A stretch of DNA of 64,000 nt from Octopus vulgaris. Lineage: Eukaryota. Positions 11,154 to 24,815 of the stretch are shown here, in pieces. A program made the translations under genes and the position numbers. The number at the start of each line of letters is the position of its first letter. The stretch's first letter is position 1. A model generated the notes under the pieces. That model did no database searches. It was not told where the DNA came from and saw only the letters and a program-made list of their open reading frames with translations. The DNA lies in NCBI GenBank assembly GCA_951406725.2, contig OX597814.1, forward strand, positions 35,464,001-35,528,000. Direction: 5' to 3'.

Positions 11154-12624
11154 TTTAGTTTAAATTTTATCAATAATCTGTCCTTTGCATGTTGTTTATA
11201 TTCTGAAGCTAACTGATTTCGAATCATTATAATTTCTTGAGAAAATCTATGGCACCACAGATGTGAAATTTTGTCACTTAATTGGTTGTTTTTTTCTTCT
11301 TTTTTTGAAGACTGGTGAGTCTTAATTAATATTTGTTCTCTTCATTTACTTTGTTATTTCCCTCTGGAAAGGTTTCATTGTCAGTTTGAAAAAATTATTC
11401 CTCCTCACCCATTTTTATTCTTTTATGCTAAGTCTTCTTTGTGATTCTGCCCCCTCCGCTTCTCCCTTTCAGGTTATCATTTTCATCTGTAATTATTGTT
11501 TCTTTCTCACTACTCGATAACAGTGTGATACAACTGCTTGGTAATGTTAAGGAACAAGGCATTAGCTCATCTATTTGTAATAATGGGCATTATGATATTC
11601 CATTTGCCACCCCAGAATTGCAGCTAGTGCTGCTCTTGAGACCGTGGTTTGTTATTTTTTTTTTTTTGCCATTGCAGTCAATTTACATTATTTTTTAAAC
11701 TTTACCATTCTTTCAGGCATTCGGCTTTGAGGTTAGTTTTGCCAATGTAGCAGCTAGGCTTTCTATCCTTTATCATTAATCTTATGCCTATTATACTGAC
11801 ACATTCTATTAGGTGCAGTTCCAATGTGGCCACGTAGCTTGTGGGGATTATTAGGACTTGCAAACCCATTTTCATGTCTTATTTTGTTAGCCCTGCTTTC
11901 TCTTCTCTCCCGTGTTATGATACAAAAGTAATGACACACCACAAATCTAGATAATTTCTAATGTCTCTTATCATTCTTTTATTTCTTTGACCTGTGTAGT
12001 AGAGTTCAAATGTAGAGCCAGAATATTATCTGATAATTTCCAGTCATATTTAATCTAAGTCTTCAGTTTTGAAGATACAGCAAATAGTGCCATAACTTTA
12101 GCCTTTTAGATTTGGGAGAACTTTTCCTGATATGTCCAGGAAAGTTTGTTGTACTCTTTGATACGAGGGAAGATTTATGATTCTTTGACCATTTATAGAG
12201 GTATATGAATTTTCTCTTATCCTTTTCCTGAATGATATCCTGTGGCAAAGAAATGCTGTTCTGTTTAACGAAATTCTTACATGTTTTTTTTTTTTTTGTA
12301 ACTGTGAGAGGTCTAGAACTCTCATTTGTTCAGATTGTTCAAAAGTGAAGTTTCATTTTAGCACAGCTGAATAGACCTGAGCATCTAACTTTGTGTAAAC
12401 ATCACATTTGATACTGCCATTTCTATGACTGTCTCTTGGATTGCTTGGATCACTTGGATTGACCAGGTTGTCTAGTGCTGAGTCAGCTCTGGCGGCCACA
12501 GCATTTGCTCCATTCCACTCATGCTCTCACCATTCTCCTCCACATTGTTCTGAACACCTTTCTTAAACTGTCACTCCGCCTGATTGGAGGTTTTCCTAGT
12601 GGTCTCTTCAGAATCCTGTCAAGA

Positions 12625-13312
12625 GAACAGGGAGGGATCAGAAAGATGTACAACGCTATAGATCATATATTTATTCTAATGCAGTGGCTGGAAGGATCAA
12701 GAGAGTACTAGTTGCCGCTGTGCATTGCATTCATTGATTATGAAAAGGCCTTCAACAGCATTGAAATCAACGCAGTACTGCAAGCTCTCAGAAAACAAGG
12801 TGTGATGATGCAGTATGTCACCTGCCTTAGGGAAGCAAATACCATGTGCACAACGAATGTGGCTCTGTTATCCTCACCAGTGAATGTTCAGGTGGAGAAG
12901 GGTGTTAAGCAAGGAGACATCATTTCTCCTAAACTTTCTACAGCATGTCTCGAGATGGTCAGGTGAAACATGAACTGGAACAGAGGCATAATGATAAACA
13001 AAGAGCTGCTCAACCATTTAAGATACACTGATGACATAGCGCTGATAGTGGAGAGCACTAATCAGCTGCAGATGATGCTGGATGAACTGGATTCCATGGG
13101 TTCAATGGTCAGCCTGAAGATCAAACCATATGAAAGTCAAATACATATGGTTTCAGGGAGTACTTACCAGTCACTTAACAGCTGGAGGTGATAGAAGAGG
13201 TGAACAGCTATGTATATCTCAGTCGAGAAGTAACTATGAGGTAAGAGATGAAGAATGAAATCTCACAAAAGATAAGAGCAGGACAAAGAGCATTCAATTC
13301 GGTGAAGGATGT
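12625..13312 (+). mobile_element. Decayed RT fragment of a second RTE-clade LINE family
   Basis: IDHIF...REY*LPLCIAFIDYEKAFNS...GVKQGDIISPKL...LNHLRYTDDIALI, broken by stops and frameshifts. Confidence 0.85.
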
Positions 13313-13314
13313 AA

Positions 13315-13315
<1 letters not shown>

Positions 13316-13350
<35 letters not shown>

Positions 13351-13738
13351 TGTGTACAGTGCTCATGTGCACTACAACTCATCTAAAGTGTATATATAAT
13401 CAGGTGTAGTTTCGGCGGATTTCCGAAAGCACGAGGGCCTTAAAGGATGCAGTGTCAAGGCAGTCAACAACTGACGCAGGCAGTTTATTCCATGCTTCAG
13501 CAACTCTGAGTGTGAAAAAATGTTTCCGAAAGTCATGGGAGCTGTGTTGTTTTCTGACTTTGTAGGCATGTCCACGTGTGTTAGACACATGGAGATCAAA
13601 AAGGTGTTCAGTGTTGTTGTTGTTGGTGAGGTAGTTGATAACTTTGTGGGTGTTTACCAAGTCCGTCGCCAGACGCCAGAGCTTCAGTGAATCCATGCCC
13701 AGGGAAACAAGGCGCTCAGAATATGGTAGGTGTCTGAT
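13316..13738 (-). mobile_element. CR1-clade LINE 3' fragment with (TAT)n tail
   Basis: IRHLPYSERLVSLGMDSL...NTRGHAYKV...FFTLRVAEAWNKLP. (AAT)n at 13316-13350. Confidence 0.85.
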
Positions 13739-13817
13739 GTAATGTGTGAGTGTGCATACGTATGAGCATGTCTGTAAGATGTGTGAGTGTGTATACGTAT
13801 TAGCATGTCTGTAAGAA

Positions 13818-13849
<32 letters not shown>

Positions 13850-14309
13850 TGCAATCATATGTGCATTACATATGTAACTGTGTGTATGTGTGAGTGTGTG
13901 CATGTATGTTGGTGTATCATGAAAGAGATATAAAATTTATTTTATGCTTATCTTATCTGAAACTCAATGCATTGGATACAGTGGATTGATATGTTTATTG
14001 TGTTAGAGTTGACAATCTACTCAGACGTCTGCACATGCATTCACACACACACATAATAGATATATTTCTATACATGTGTGTGTGTAAGTGTGTGCATGTA
14101 AGTGTGTCTATTATATGTATGTATATCATTGCTTATGCCTGCTCTCCATGCTGGCAAGGCCTGGACATGTGATAAAGGCCTCAATGAGTTCTTGTTTGAA
14201 GAGATTGCTCTCCTAGATGTGTTGGAAGATTACATGCTTCTTGTACATTTCATTATTGGTTTATTTCTCATGACTAAATGCTCCTAATTTTGCCAGCCAT
14301 TTTCCTTAA

Positions 14310-14531
14310 CCCTTTCATTACCAACCCGGCTGAAACTGGCTCTGGCTATGTAGTACAAATGTCTAGTTTTCATAAGTTTTGAATTAAAATCTTCCACCAA
14401 ACTTTTGTTACAATTGATGTTCCTAACACTAGCTTAATGATAATTAAGTTATTTTACTAAATCCTGTGTTAGATTTAAAATTAATTGAAAGAAACATGGA
14501 GCATCTCAAAATAAATACAGTAATGAAAGGA
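14310..14531. mobile_element. piggyBac-like MITE
   Basis: TTAA at 14306-14309 is followed by CCCTTTCATTAC. The inverted GTAATGAAAGG is at 14520-14530 and the right TTAA is lost. Confidence 0.6.
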
Positions 14532-15748
14532 ATGTACAGAGTGTGTTTTCTCATGACACCTGCCATAGTGAGGTCACTTTGTTCCTGAGAAGATTAAGGA
14601 GGCCCCTCAGTCCTACCCTTTACAGAGTGTACTGGGTGCATTTAATTGAAGCACCAGCTCCAGAGAGGATGCCATGTTCTGGATAAAGTTAGAATATCTT
14701 TTAGACTCCATATATCTTCAGTCACTTAATAACTACATTATAGGATATGCTAAGGCAACAGACAGCGGTATATAATCGATTAAGTGAATGACTAGCCTGT
14801 ACTCTAAAGCATGTGACATTTTCAGCATTTCACAGTTGATTTCTGATGGACCAGGAACCTTCCCTGTTTTCATATTATTAATTACTTTATTAACATACTA
14901 ATGTCAACTTGATAACTAGTCACTTATAGTAGGATATTCTAGGGGTAGGCATTGTGGCTCTCAAGCATTCTCCTTATTCAGCAATGCAAGCTTTTGTAGT
15001 AGTACAGACACACATATATGTCCGCACAATATATATGTATATAAATCATAAAATGTCATGAAGTATGAGAAGCAAATATATTTACTTAATCATTTGTCAT
15101 CCTTAGGATTACATCCATTTTACACTCTTCATCATGTAATAATTTCAACATATGATAAATTATGTAACACGTCTGCACTAATATGCACGCTATATGCTAT
15201 GCATTATACTATATAGTTGTATATTTACATATTAGTGTAGATAATGAAAGTTAACTCATCAGATTGTGAGATGAGCTAGCTTTTTTTAAAAACATTGATT
15301 TGCATTGTATACGATTGTGTTATACATGGCATGCATGCTAGTGCAAACATGTTACATAATTTATTATACACTGAAAGTATTATGACATGATGAAGGGTGC
15401 AAAACAGCTGTGATCCTAATGGTGAGATAAATATATTCATCTCTCATACCATCTTGACTTTTTATGGTTTTTATGCTGCTTAGTGATTGCATCTCCAGGA
15501 TTTTACCTGTATGAAACTTTGCATTATACCTCTCAGATTTGGTCTATGTGGTCTGCTATCCAAAGCCATGAGGGGAGCTTTCTATAATAGCCACATTATT
15601 CTCTGAATCCATATATTTCACTACAAATATATTTATGAAGTGTGTGTGTGTGTGTATTTGCACACACACACACATACACACTAATATACATATACACATA
15701 TATATACACACAAGCACATAAAAACACACACATATAAACATATATATA

Positions 15749-15822
15749 TCATCATCATCGTTTAAAGTCCGTTTTCAATGCTGGCATGGGTTGGACGGTT
15801 TGACTGAGGTCTGGAAAGCCAG
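15749..15822 (-). mobile_element. RTE 3' terminal stub
   Basis: catcatcgtttaaagtccgttttcaatgctggcatgggttggacgg. Confidence 0.7.
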
Positions 15823-15859
15823 ATATATATATATATATATTCTTTTTCTTTTTTCTTTT

Positions 15860-16259
15860 CTTTTACTTGTTTCAGTCATTTTGACTGCGGCCATGCTGGA
15901 GCACCGCCTTTAGTCGAGCAACTCGACCCCGGGACTTATTCTTTGTAAGCCCAGTACTTAATCTATCGGTCTCTTTTGCCGAACCGCTAAGTTACGGGGA
16001 CGTAAACACACCAGCATCGGTTGTCAAGCAATGCTAGGGGGACAAACACAGCAGACACACAAACACACACATACATACATACATATATATATATACATAT
16101 ATACAACAGGCTTCTTTCAGTTTCCGTCTACCAAATCCACTCACAAGGCATTGGTCGGCCCGGGGCTATAGTAGAAGACACTTGCCCAAGATGCCACGCA
16201 GTGGGACTGAACCCGGGACCATGTGGTTGGTTAGCAAGCTACTTACCACACAGCCACTC
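15860..16259 (-). mobile_element. SINE family A, near full length
   Basis: High similarity to 10746-11153. Confidence 0.9.
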
Positions 16260-16856
16260 ATATTTGCACAAATATATATATATATATATATATACAAATA
16301 GACATATTTTCATCTATAAGAGTGTATAAGTATTTATACACAGAGAAGTGTAAATATAAATGTGTGTGAGTGTGTATGTATACATATATATGTGTGTGTG
16401 TGTGTGTATATACACAAATACATATATATATATATATATATACATGCATACATTCAGACATAAATACTTGCAAATATGTCTGATATATGCAGTATATATT
16501 TGTGTGTGTGTGTATGTGTGCACATGTGTGTGCATGTGAGTGGGTGAAAATATGTGTTTAACAATAATGAAAATGCTGGAGCCACTAAATTTCTGTAAAG
16601 TATAAATGAAATCACCAAGGGGAGGAATGTGATGACAAATCTTTCCTTTTCAATTCCTCTTTTTTATTGTTAAAAGTCTGTATGGATTGTGATGACTCTA
16701 AGAAAAGAAGCCAACAGAGCAACATAAGACTTGTATTAGTAGTTTAGCTGGGGCAGCTAATGTGGTTTTGTGTAGATGATAGAGAGAAGTGGAGAGAGAG
16801 AAAGGGTGATTGAATGAATATGAATATCGATAGTCAAAGTGTAGCCCTTTATTGCT

Positions 16857-17262
16857 AGGCGCAGGAGTGGCTGTGTGGTAAGTAGCTTGCTAACCAGCCA
16901 CATGGTTCCAGGTTCAGTCCCACTGCGTGGCATCTTGGGCAAGTGTCTTCTGCTATAGCCCCGGGCCGACCAATGCCTTGTGAGTGGATTTGGTAGACAG
17001 AAACTGAAAGAAGCCTGTCGTATATATGTATATATATGTATGTGTGTGTCTGTGTTTGTCCCCCTAGCATTGCTTGACAACCGATGCTGGTGTGTTTACG
17101 TCCCCGTCACTTAGCGGTTTGGCAAAAGAGACCGATAGAATAAGTACTGGGCTTACAAAGAATAAGTCCCGGGGTCGATTTGCTCGACTAAAGGCGGTGC
17201 TCCAGCATGGCCGCAGTCAAATGACTGAAACAAATAAAAGAGTAAAAGAAAAGAGTAAAGAG
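16857..17262 (+). mobile_element. SINE family A, full length
   Basis: aggcgcaggagtggctgtgtggtaag...ggttcagtccc...agtaaaagaaaagagtaaaga. Confidence 0.9.
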
Positions 17263-17286
17263 TTGGAGTTAGGTCACTTAATATTT

Positions 17287-17518
17287 ATTTCTTTATTGCC
17301 CACAGGGGGCTAAACATAGAGGAGATAAACAAGGACAGACAAAGGGATTAAGTCGATTATATCGACCCCAGTGCGTAACTGGTACTTATTTAATCGACCA
17401 CGAAAAGATGAAAGGCAAAGTCGACCTCTGCGGAATTTGAGCTCAAAATGTAATGGCAGATGAACTACCGCTAAGCATTTTGCCCCATGTGCTAACGATT
17501 CTGCTAGTTCGCTGCCCT
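17287..17518 (-). mobile_element. SINE family D (about 230 bp)
   Basis: Recurs at 34936-35165. On the minus strand it has a box-B-like gagctcaaattcc and the central motif gtcgactttgcctttcatc...gtcgattaaataagtacc, which recalls conserved SINE central domains. Confidence 0.75.
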
Positions 17519-18017
17519 AATATTGCTGACTCTTCATACTTGGAGAATCTCACCATCCACGTCACCTAATAGGGAAATAGTGCTCGATCTGACATGACAG
17601 CATTCTGTTTTCTGTCAAAAACTTCTCCTTTCTAGGATGTGGTTGCTTGTTGCCTGTCATTGCTGGTGACTGACTTTTTAGACTCCAGATACATATGCAT
17701 CGTCTGACATCAGTACATGGAAAATCCTTTGCCAGATGATTTCTATAATCAAGAGCTTGTGCTCTGGAGAGATTCACTGTTACAGCAGGCTAGCCATGAG
17801 TGAGGAGACACACAATAAGGTTGAAACACAGTGGGGTCTTAAAGTTTTCTTACACCAGTGAATTGCATGTGCTATGAATACACATCACCTTAAAGGAGGC
17901 AGTATTCTCTAATGATAAAATAAACAGTGACCTGACATTTATGTTTCAGTCTGCAAAAATGTATTAAGAGTGAATGGATATGTTATTGTTTGGAATCTCA
18001 CTGTTAAATAATTTATA

Positions 18018-18430
18018 TTCTTTTACTTGTTTCAGTCATTTGACTGTGGCCATGCTGGAGCACTGCCTTTAGTCGAGCAAATCGGACTCAGGACTTATTC
18101 TTTGTAAGCCTAGTACTTATTCTATCGGCCTCTTTTGCCGAACTGCTAAGTTATGAGGACGTAAACACACCAGCATCAGTTGTCAAGTGATGTTGCGGGG
18201 ACAAACACAGACTACCCCCACACACACAGACACACACACACGCACACATATATATACACATATATACGACGGGCTTCTTTCAGTTTCTGCCTACCAAATC
18301 CACTCACAAGGGTTTGGTCGGCCCAAGGCTATAGTAGAAGACACTTGCCAAAGGTGCCATGCAGTGGGACTGAACCCAGAATCATGTGGTTGGTAAGCAA
18401 GCTTCTTACCACACAACCACTCCTGTGTCT
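18018..18430 (-). mobile_element. SINE family A, full length
   Basis: Same layout as the 10746 copy. Confidence 0.9.
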
Positions 18431-19140
18431 ATATATGCTACCTTTGATTATTAATTAAAATACAAAGTACATGTAGAATAGAGAAACAGCATGACATAGA
18501 AATATAGAATGATGCAATGATAATATATAAGAAAATATAGGGTTGCAATGATTATAATGGGCTTGGAAAGGTCAGTAAATAACTAAGTTAAATAGAAATT
18601 ATCTAATTTTTTTATTTATACAATTATAAGAATGTGTGAGATGTTATAAAATAATGATAGTGCATGATTGTTCAGTGCTATTTCATTTAATCCAGTTATG
18701 CATATTTGACAAGACCCTTATGTAAGCAGAGGAGTTTGGGGCTTTGTTCTGGTATTTACTTAATTTGCAGCTTTTTTGCAGCTGTTCATAAACTGTATCT
18801 TTTTAGTGCATTTCTATACAACTGGCTTTGCTCAAGGACATCCACTTGCTATCAAAATAATCATCATATTCTTTTGAATCTACGATCTAATTGGACAATG
18901 TTGCAGAGTTCTTTCTTTCTATGTTCCTGAAGGAAGTAGTATGACTGATTAAAATCTATTAAATTATCTTCTGCCACACTTCTAGAGTGTTTATACCCTA
19001 TATTAAGGGTCAGTTTGGTGAAAAATATTTTTCATACATGATTACTTTTGCACTACATAACTATGACTGATGAATTAGGATTTGCAATTTTGCTCCTGCT
19101 AGCTGTGGTTATTTTGTTAGTTTTTGTGTTATGATTTTTT

Positions 19141-19520
19141 CATCATCATCGTTTAACGTCCGCTTTCCATGCTAGCATGGGTTGGACGATTTGACTGAGC
19201 GCTGGCAAACCAGATGGCTGCACCAGGCTCCAATCTTGATCTGGCAGAGTTTCTACAGCTGGATGCCCTTCCTAATGCCAACCACTCCGAGAGTGTAGTG
19301 GGTGCTTTTACATGCCACCAGCACAGGGGCCAGTCAAGCGGTACTGGCAACGACCTTGTTTGAATCTTTTTACACATGCCACTGGCACAGGTGCCAGTAA
19401 GGCGATGCTGGTAATGATCATGCTCGAATGGTGCCTTTTACGTGCCACCGGCATGGAAGCCAGTTAGCTGCTCAGGCTACGATCACGCACGGATGGTGCT
19501 CTTAGCACATTACTAGCACC
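19141..19520 (-). mobile_element. RTE 3' UTR (5'-truncated insertion)
   Basis: (CAT)n-cgtttaacgtccgctttccatgctagcatggg plus about three tandem units of 55-60 bp. Confidence 0.8.
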
Positions 19521-20839
19521 CTCCTATAAATACACTAATACCTTCCTTAATAAATTTAAATACAACGTTAAGAATATTAAGATATCAGAAATAAATTATA
19601 CTCTGTAATAAAAAACAAATATTTCAGTAAAATATTACCATGGTTTTTTTAGAAGTGCATACAAATATATAACAATATAAACATTGAAGTCAAAAATATA
19701 GCTCCTAAAATTAATTTAGATAACAGTTTAAAATGTCTACTTAGTCACGAAGTATGTTTCATACTTAGCAATCACAGAATACTTAAACAAAATTTATATA
19801 TCATGCATTAAAGAATATTTCCTGACACATACATGTTTCTGGTAATAATGTAGCTGACAGAAATTAAAATGCACATGTACCTTTGTCTGGAGCATGGCTC
19901 TAAATAACAGTGGACTAAGAAATATTTCACAAGCATTTAGAAAATAATATAATACATGCTTTTGAAATATTTTTATGTTAATGAAATATGAAATTTATCA
20001 TTTAGTCACAGTCAGTTTCAGTTATAACTGCTTTAGAAAAAGAACAGAAAATTTGCTGTAAAAAATGTTTTATGATCAACTTACAAAATGGTTGCTGTAT
20101 TATAACTGAGAAAATATTTCTCTTCATTGCCAGAAAATATCTCATGTGTAAAGGATTTATAGATAAGTTGATGAATATAGACAAAAAAATATTATCTATA
20201 ACAGAGTATTGATATACAAGATATCTTATACTTAAATGCATTTAGCACAATAAAATAGAAGCTTTTTAATATACATAGACAAAATTCATATATGAGGCAT
20301 TAAAGTATCTCACTTGATATATGTATTTTATATAAGCATATTTAAGCTTCTGTTATTTAGTGCTAAACAGAATTAAGTATAAGATGATTTATATATGAAA
20401 ATTCTGGTGTGGATAATATCTTTTGTCTATCTTCATTGAGTTCTTCAAGAATCCTACACACATGAAGTACTTTCTTGTTATCATGAGTAACATTGCTTCA
20501 ACATTAATATCATACTCATTTTTGAGAGTTACAATCGATTTTTAAAAGCAAGTTTGTGAGATTTGAGTTCTTTTTATAAAAATTTTTACAACTCAAACTG
20601 CTGGCAGTGAAAAGCAGTTTTATTTCATGTATTTTTTCCTGCATTCTTTAGAAATTTTAATTGATTGTTTGTTAGTCATGATACTGGGAAAGTTGTATCA
20701 ACTTCTACCTGGTAAAATGTTACTTTAAAGGACACATGGACAGTGAGATGTTTTAATGTTTAATAAATATATTTTGCATACATATAATCTAGCTTTTATG
20801 TTAAAATATTTATTCTATGTTAAAATATTTAAGTATAAC

Positions 20840-22890
20840 TCTTTTACTCTCTTTTTCTTGTTTCACTCATCTGACTGCGGCCATGCTGAAGCACCGCCTT
20901 TAATCAAGCAACTCGACCCCGGGACTTATTCTTTTGTAAGCCCAGTACTTATTCTATTGGTCTCATTTGCCGAACCGTTAAGTAATGGGGACATAAACAC
21001 ACCAGCACCGGTTGTCAAGCAATGCTAGGGGGACAAACACAGACACACAAACACACACACATGCATATATCTCTTATTATAAAAGGCAGATTTTATCTGC
21101 CTCCCTTTGTAACTTATAGAAATCTACAATATAGGATTTCTTCAATTACAATTTACCTAGCATTTATAAGAGTAGAATGCATCGGGTCATACCAGGTCCA
21201 GTTTTTAAAATTTAAACTCCAATTAAGCAAAATTTACAGAAAACTCACATTCTGGTGTGTATGTCAAATGCTTTTCTTAATGTGGTTTACACCACACGCA
21301 CACGCACACACACAGTGTGCAACGAATAAAATGAAAGTAAATAGCGACAGAGTGATTTGAGGAAGACTAAACTGAAAGTATTTAAACCACTACTCAAAAA
21401 ATAAAAAAACACAGCAAACAGAAACAAATAAATACATAACGATTTACTCCTCACACAATTTCTTCAATTAGAGTGTACCCATGATTTTTCAGAGTACTTC
21501 AGTGGGTGATGCCATAAAAAATTTCTTTCAATTTTACCACCAATTAAGACAAAATTCGAGAAAACTCAATATTTTAACATATCACTCCGAAAGCATTGAT
21601 GTACATGTGTGCGTGCGTGAGTGTGTGTGTGTCATTCCTCACACACACGCATACACATACATATATGAGAGTGGCAAACACAAACGTTTCAAACAACTAC
21701 ATACAAACACGTGTGTGTTTGTTATTAGTAAAAAAGGCGCCAAAACACAACTCACTTATCATTCCAACACATTTGCAAAGACACACGGACGGTGGAATTG
21801 CTATAACAATACAGAAAAGGTAAATTGGTTTTTATTTTACTCTGTATATATTTTATTATATAATATTATATATAGATATATGTATATATAATTGCAGTTT
21901 GAAACAGTGTTTATGTATAAACAGACGACACTTATATATAGTTATTATAATAAGAGATTAATAAATGTATGCATCCGTTTAACCCTTTCGTTACCAAACC
22001 GCCCGAATTTACCTATTCACATTTAAATGAGAATATCAGAGCAAATCTCTTTAGTACATTCGTGAAAACACGTATTATACTTCGTAAACACTTCAACTAC
22101 AGTTTTGTACAAAAATCGAAGTGTAATTTTAATTCCGTGAATTATGGGAGATTTTTTTCCGAAATTTGTTCCTATTGTGTTTTCAAAATTTGTAATTCTG
22201 ACAAAAAATGGATACGAATTTCATTATATCAAGCAGCGAGTCAGAATTCGAAGGATTTTCTACTGAAGACCTTCATAAATCTAACTCTATGACTGAAAAA
22301 AAAAAGCATCTTTATATAAGAGTGAAGTTGTGTGTCTGTCTCCTACGATTTAGATTCCTAACTACTCCCACATTTTGCGGTGCAGTTTAACCAAAAGCGG
22401 GTATCTTATAGTCGTGATTCATATCGAGCCCTTCTGGGTATTAGCGCGCGTCTACGATGAGTTTACGATTTAAAAAAAATTTACCATCATATTTTTCCAT
22501 TTTAATGCATTTTTTTCGCTTTTATATAAGGGAAGTAACTCTCTAAAAATATCTACGATATGTCAACGATTTAAAAAAAAATTTACCTTAATTTTTTTTC
22601 AATTTTTAATGCATTTTTTTGCTATTTTTTGGCTATAACTCTCTAAAAATGCTTATATAGTTATTTCCCTTACAAACCCGAGCAACGCCGGGCGATACTG
22701 CTAGTATATATATATATACATATATACGACGGGCTTCTTTCAGTTTCCATCCACCAAATCCACTCACAAGGCTTTGGTCGGCCTGAGGCTATAGTAGAAG
22801 ACACTTGCCCAAGGTGCCACACAGTGGGACTGAACCCGGAACCATGTGGTTCGTAAGCAAGCTACTTACCACATAGCCACTCCTGTACCT
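20840..22890 (-). mobile_element. SINE family A split by a Helitron (20840-21069 and 22705-22890)
   Basis: The 3' half and 5' half of the SINE are collinear on either side of the insert, which sits in the SINE's internal microsatellite. Confidence 0.85.
21070..22704 (+). mobile_element. Non-autonomous composite Helitron
   Basis: A|TC start (tctcttattataaaaggcag), subterminal hairpin cccgagcaacgccggg, CTAG|T end and no TSD. A second Helitron-type 5' end (tctttatataagagtgaagttgtgtgtctgtc) lies at about 22309. Confidence 0.8.
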
Positions 22891-22929
22891 ATAAGGTATT
22901 TTTCATGCCAGCATTCTGACATAGCTAGA

Positions 22930-24500
22930 AATAAGTTACCCAAATCTGGATTCAGCAATTTATCCATTCAAATGAAATGCTAGTACCTGTTTTCAAGGGT
23001 CTACCTTCACTGCAAGATGAAAGTGATATACGTAAAGAAGATGTAAAAGTGATACAGGCTTGGTAAAAAACATCAACCAAAGAATGTGAAAACTTCAACC
23101 AGGCAGAGCTTAATGATTTAGTTAGAGACTTAAAACTGTCAAAAGAGTTGTCAGAACTGTTAGCTTTGGACTTAAAGAAGAATTTGTTGTAGAAAGAAAC
23201 AAAAGTGACTTTTTATTGAAACAGGAAAAAAGAATCTCTTGGTGTTTTTTACAACTGGAAAAAATGTTGTTTATTGTTGTGACATGATTGGACTGTTAAA
23301 CGTGATGGGTGTTGAACAATATGATCCTAGTGAATGGAGACTCTTATAGCTAGTTCAAAGAAGAGTCTAAAATGTATATTACTCCACAACAGAAACTTGT
23401 TTGGTGTGCTTCCTATTGGCCATTCTGTGCACTTAAAAGAGAATTATGATTAAATAAAAGTTGTATTAGATTTATTCAAGTATGATGAACACAAATGGGT
23501 CATATGTGTGGGTCTAAAAATGGTCAGCTTTTTACTTGGCCAATAAGGAGTGTAAACAAAATATCTGTGTTTCCTGTGTTTATGGGATAGCCAAGCAAGT
23601 TAAAAACATTGGGAATACAAACTCTGGTCAATTAGGTAAAGTTTGACTGTTGGGGAGAAGAATATCATACACCAACTACTTGTTTGAGAGAAAAAATCAT
23701 CTTCCCACCCCTTCATATTAAACTAGGACTAATGAGGCAATTTGTCAAAGCTACGACCGGTATTTTTGATGGGCCACATATCAGAAAGTTAATGAAATGA
23801 CAGAATTTCTTAAGCTCAATGACTGACATAAAAAAAGAGCATAGGATTCATTTGTGGATCTTGTGAGAAGATTTTTGGGAAGTGAAGAGGCTGCAAACTA
23901 CAAGGATTTGGTGGAGACCTTACTTGATAGCTTTCATCTTTTAGGCTGCAGCATGAGCATAAAGCTTCATTTCCTCAATAACCATCTCAATGAATTTTCT
24001 GCTAATCTCAGAGATGTGAGCAAAGAGCATAGTGAGCATATTCATTAAGCAATAAAGATTATGGAGGAGAGATATCAAGGCCAATGGAGCACACATATGA
24101 TGGCAGACTACTGTTAGAGTATTCAAAGAGACTATGTAGACATGAAACACTCCAGGTGCTCACACAAGCAGAAATTTATTCTGGGAATATGAAGGTATGT
24201 GAATGATGGTTTGTGTTTTACCCATCATATTAGAGAACCAACAGTATGTATTTAGTAAAAAGTGATGCTATCTTACATTTCAATTATCATTTCATATTCT
24301 GTTGACATTATAACTAATGTTTTGAAGCCATAAGACTTAATAGATAATTATTTATAAAGTACATCACAAAATAGGGATATGCTATAGAATGAAAACCTGA
24401 CATGTTAGTAAAAAATAGATGCCATATTTGAAATCAGCATCTGAAAATTAACTAATAACAACCACAAAACTGAAGTCAGCAAAAAGTTTATTGACCAGTG
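22930..24500 (+). mobile_element. Decayed Chapaev3-like DNA transposon (transposase pseudogene plus right terminus)
   Basis: Broken frames give FNQAELNDLVRDLKLSKE, YDPSEWRL, PIGHSVHLKENY, CFLCLWDS, FPPLHIKLGLM.QFVKA, IFDGP.IRKL, LGCSMSIKLHFL and MEERYQG.W..HMMADYC. It ends CAGTG then TAA. The superfamily call is from motif recall. Confidence 0.7.
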
Positions 24501-24502
24501 TA

Positions 24503-24815
24503 ATCATTGCAGTTAACTGGTTTTTATCATCAAAGGTTTTGTAAAAAAATAATGTTCTATGGTGAAGTTTAACAAAACATGCATTACTCCCTTAGTGGTA
24601 TGGCAACCAACACACCAGCACCACCACCACCAACAACAACAACAGCACCAACAACGTTAGGTCCAACAAGCATAAATATAAGATATTCTCATTTATTATG
24701 AATTATTGTTATTATCATTGCTGGTAGCCGTTTTTTTATTGCCATGGGCTTTTGGAAACCACAATGCTTTTCAGTGAGATCTGACAAAACATGCATCACT
24801 CTGTCACCAGTACAT
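24503..24815. repeat. Copy 1 of an about 310-bp low-copy duplicated segment
   Basis: Aligns along its whole length with 35535-35841. Confidence 0.85.

Noticed and set aside
12063-12460. Coding-looking ORFs on the minus strand (also 17562-17777 and 43583-44270)
   Set aside because: No recognisable motif. They are possibly very old TE debris and cannot be supported.
18706-18930. Possible host exon
   Set aside because: No recognisable protein similarity, and the frames following the plausible minus-strand acceptor are all closed by stops.
24700-24815. H/ACA or C/D snoRNA reading of the duplicated core
   Set aside because: The candidate ACA and D boxes are not retained in the second copy, so it is kept only as an unexplained conserved duplicate.
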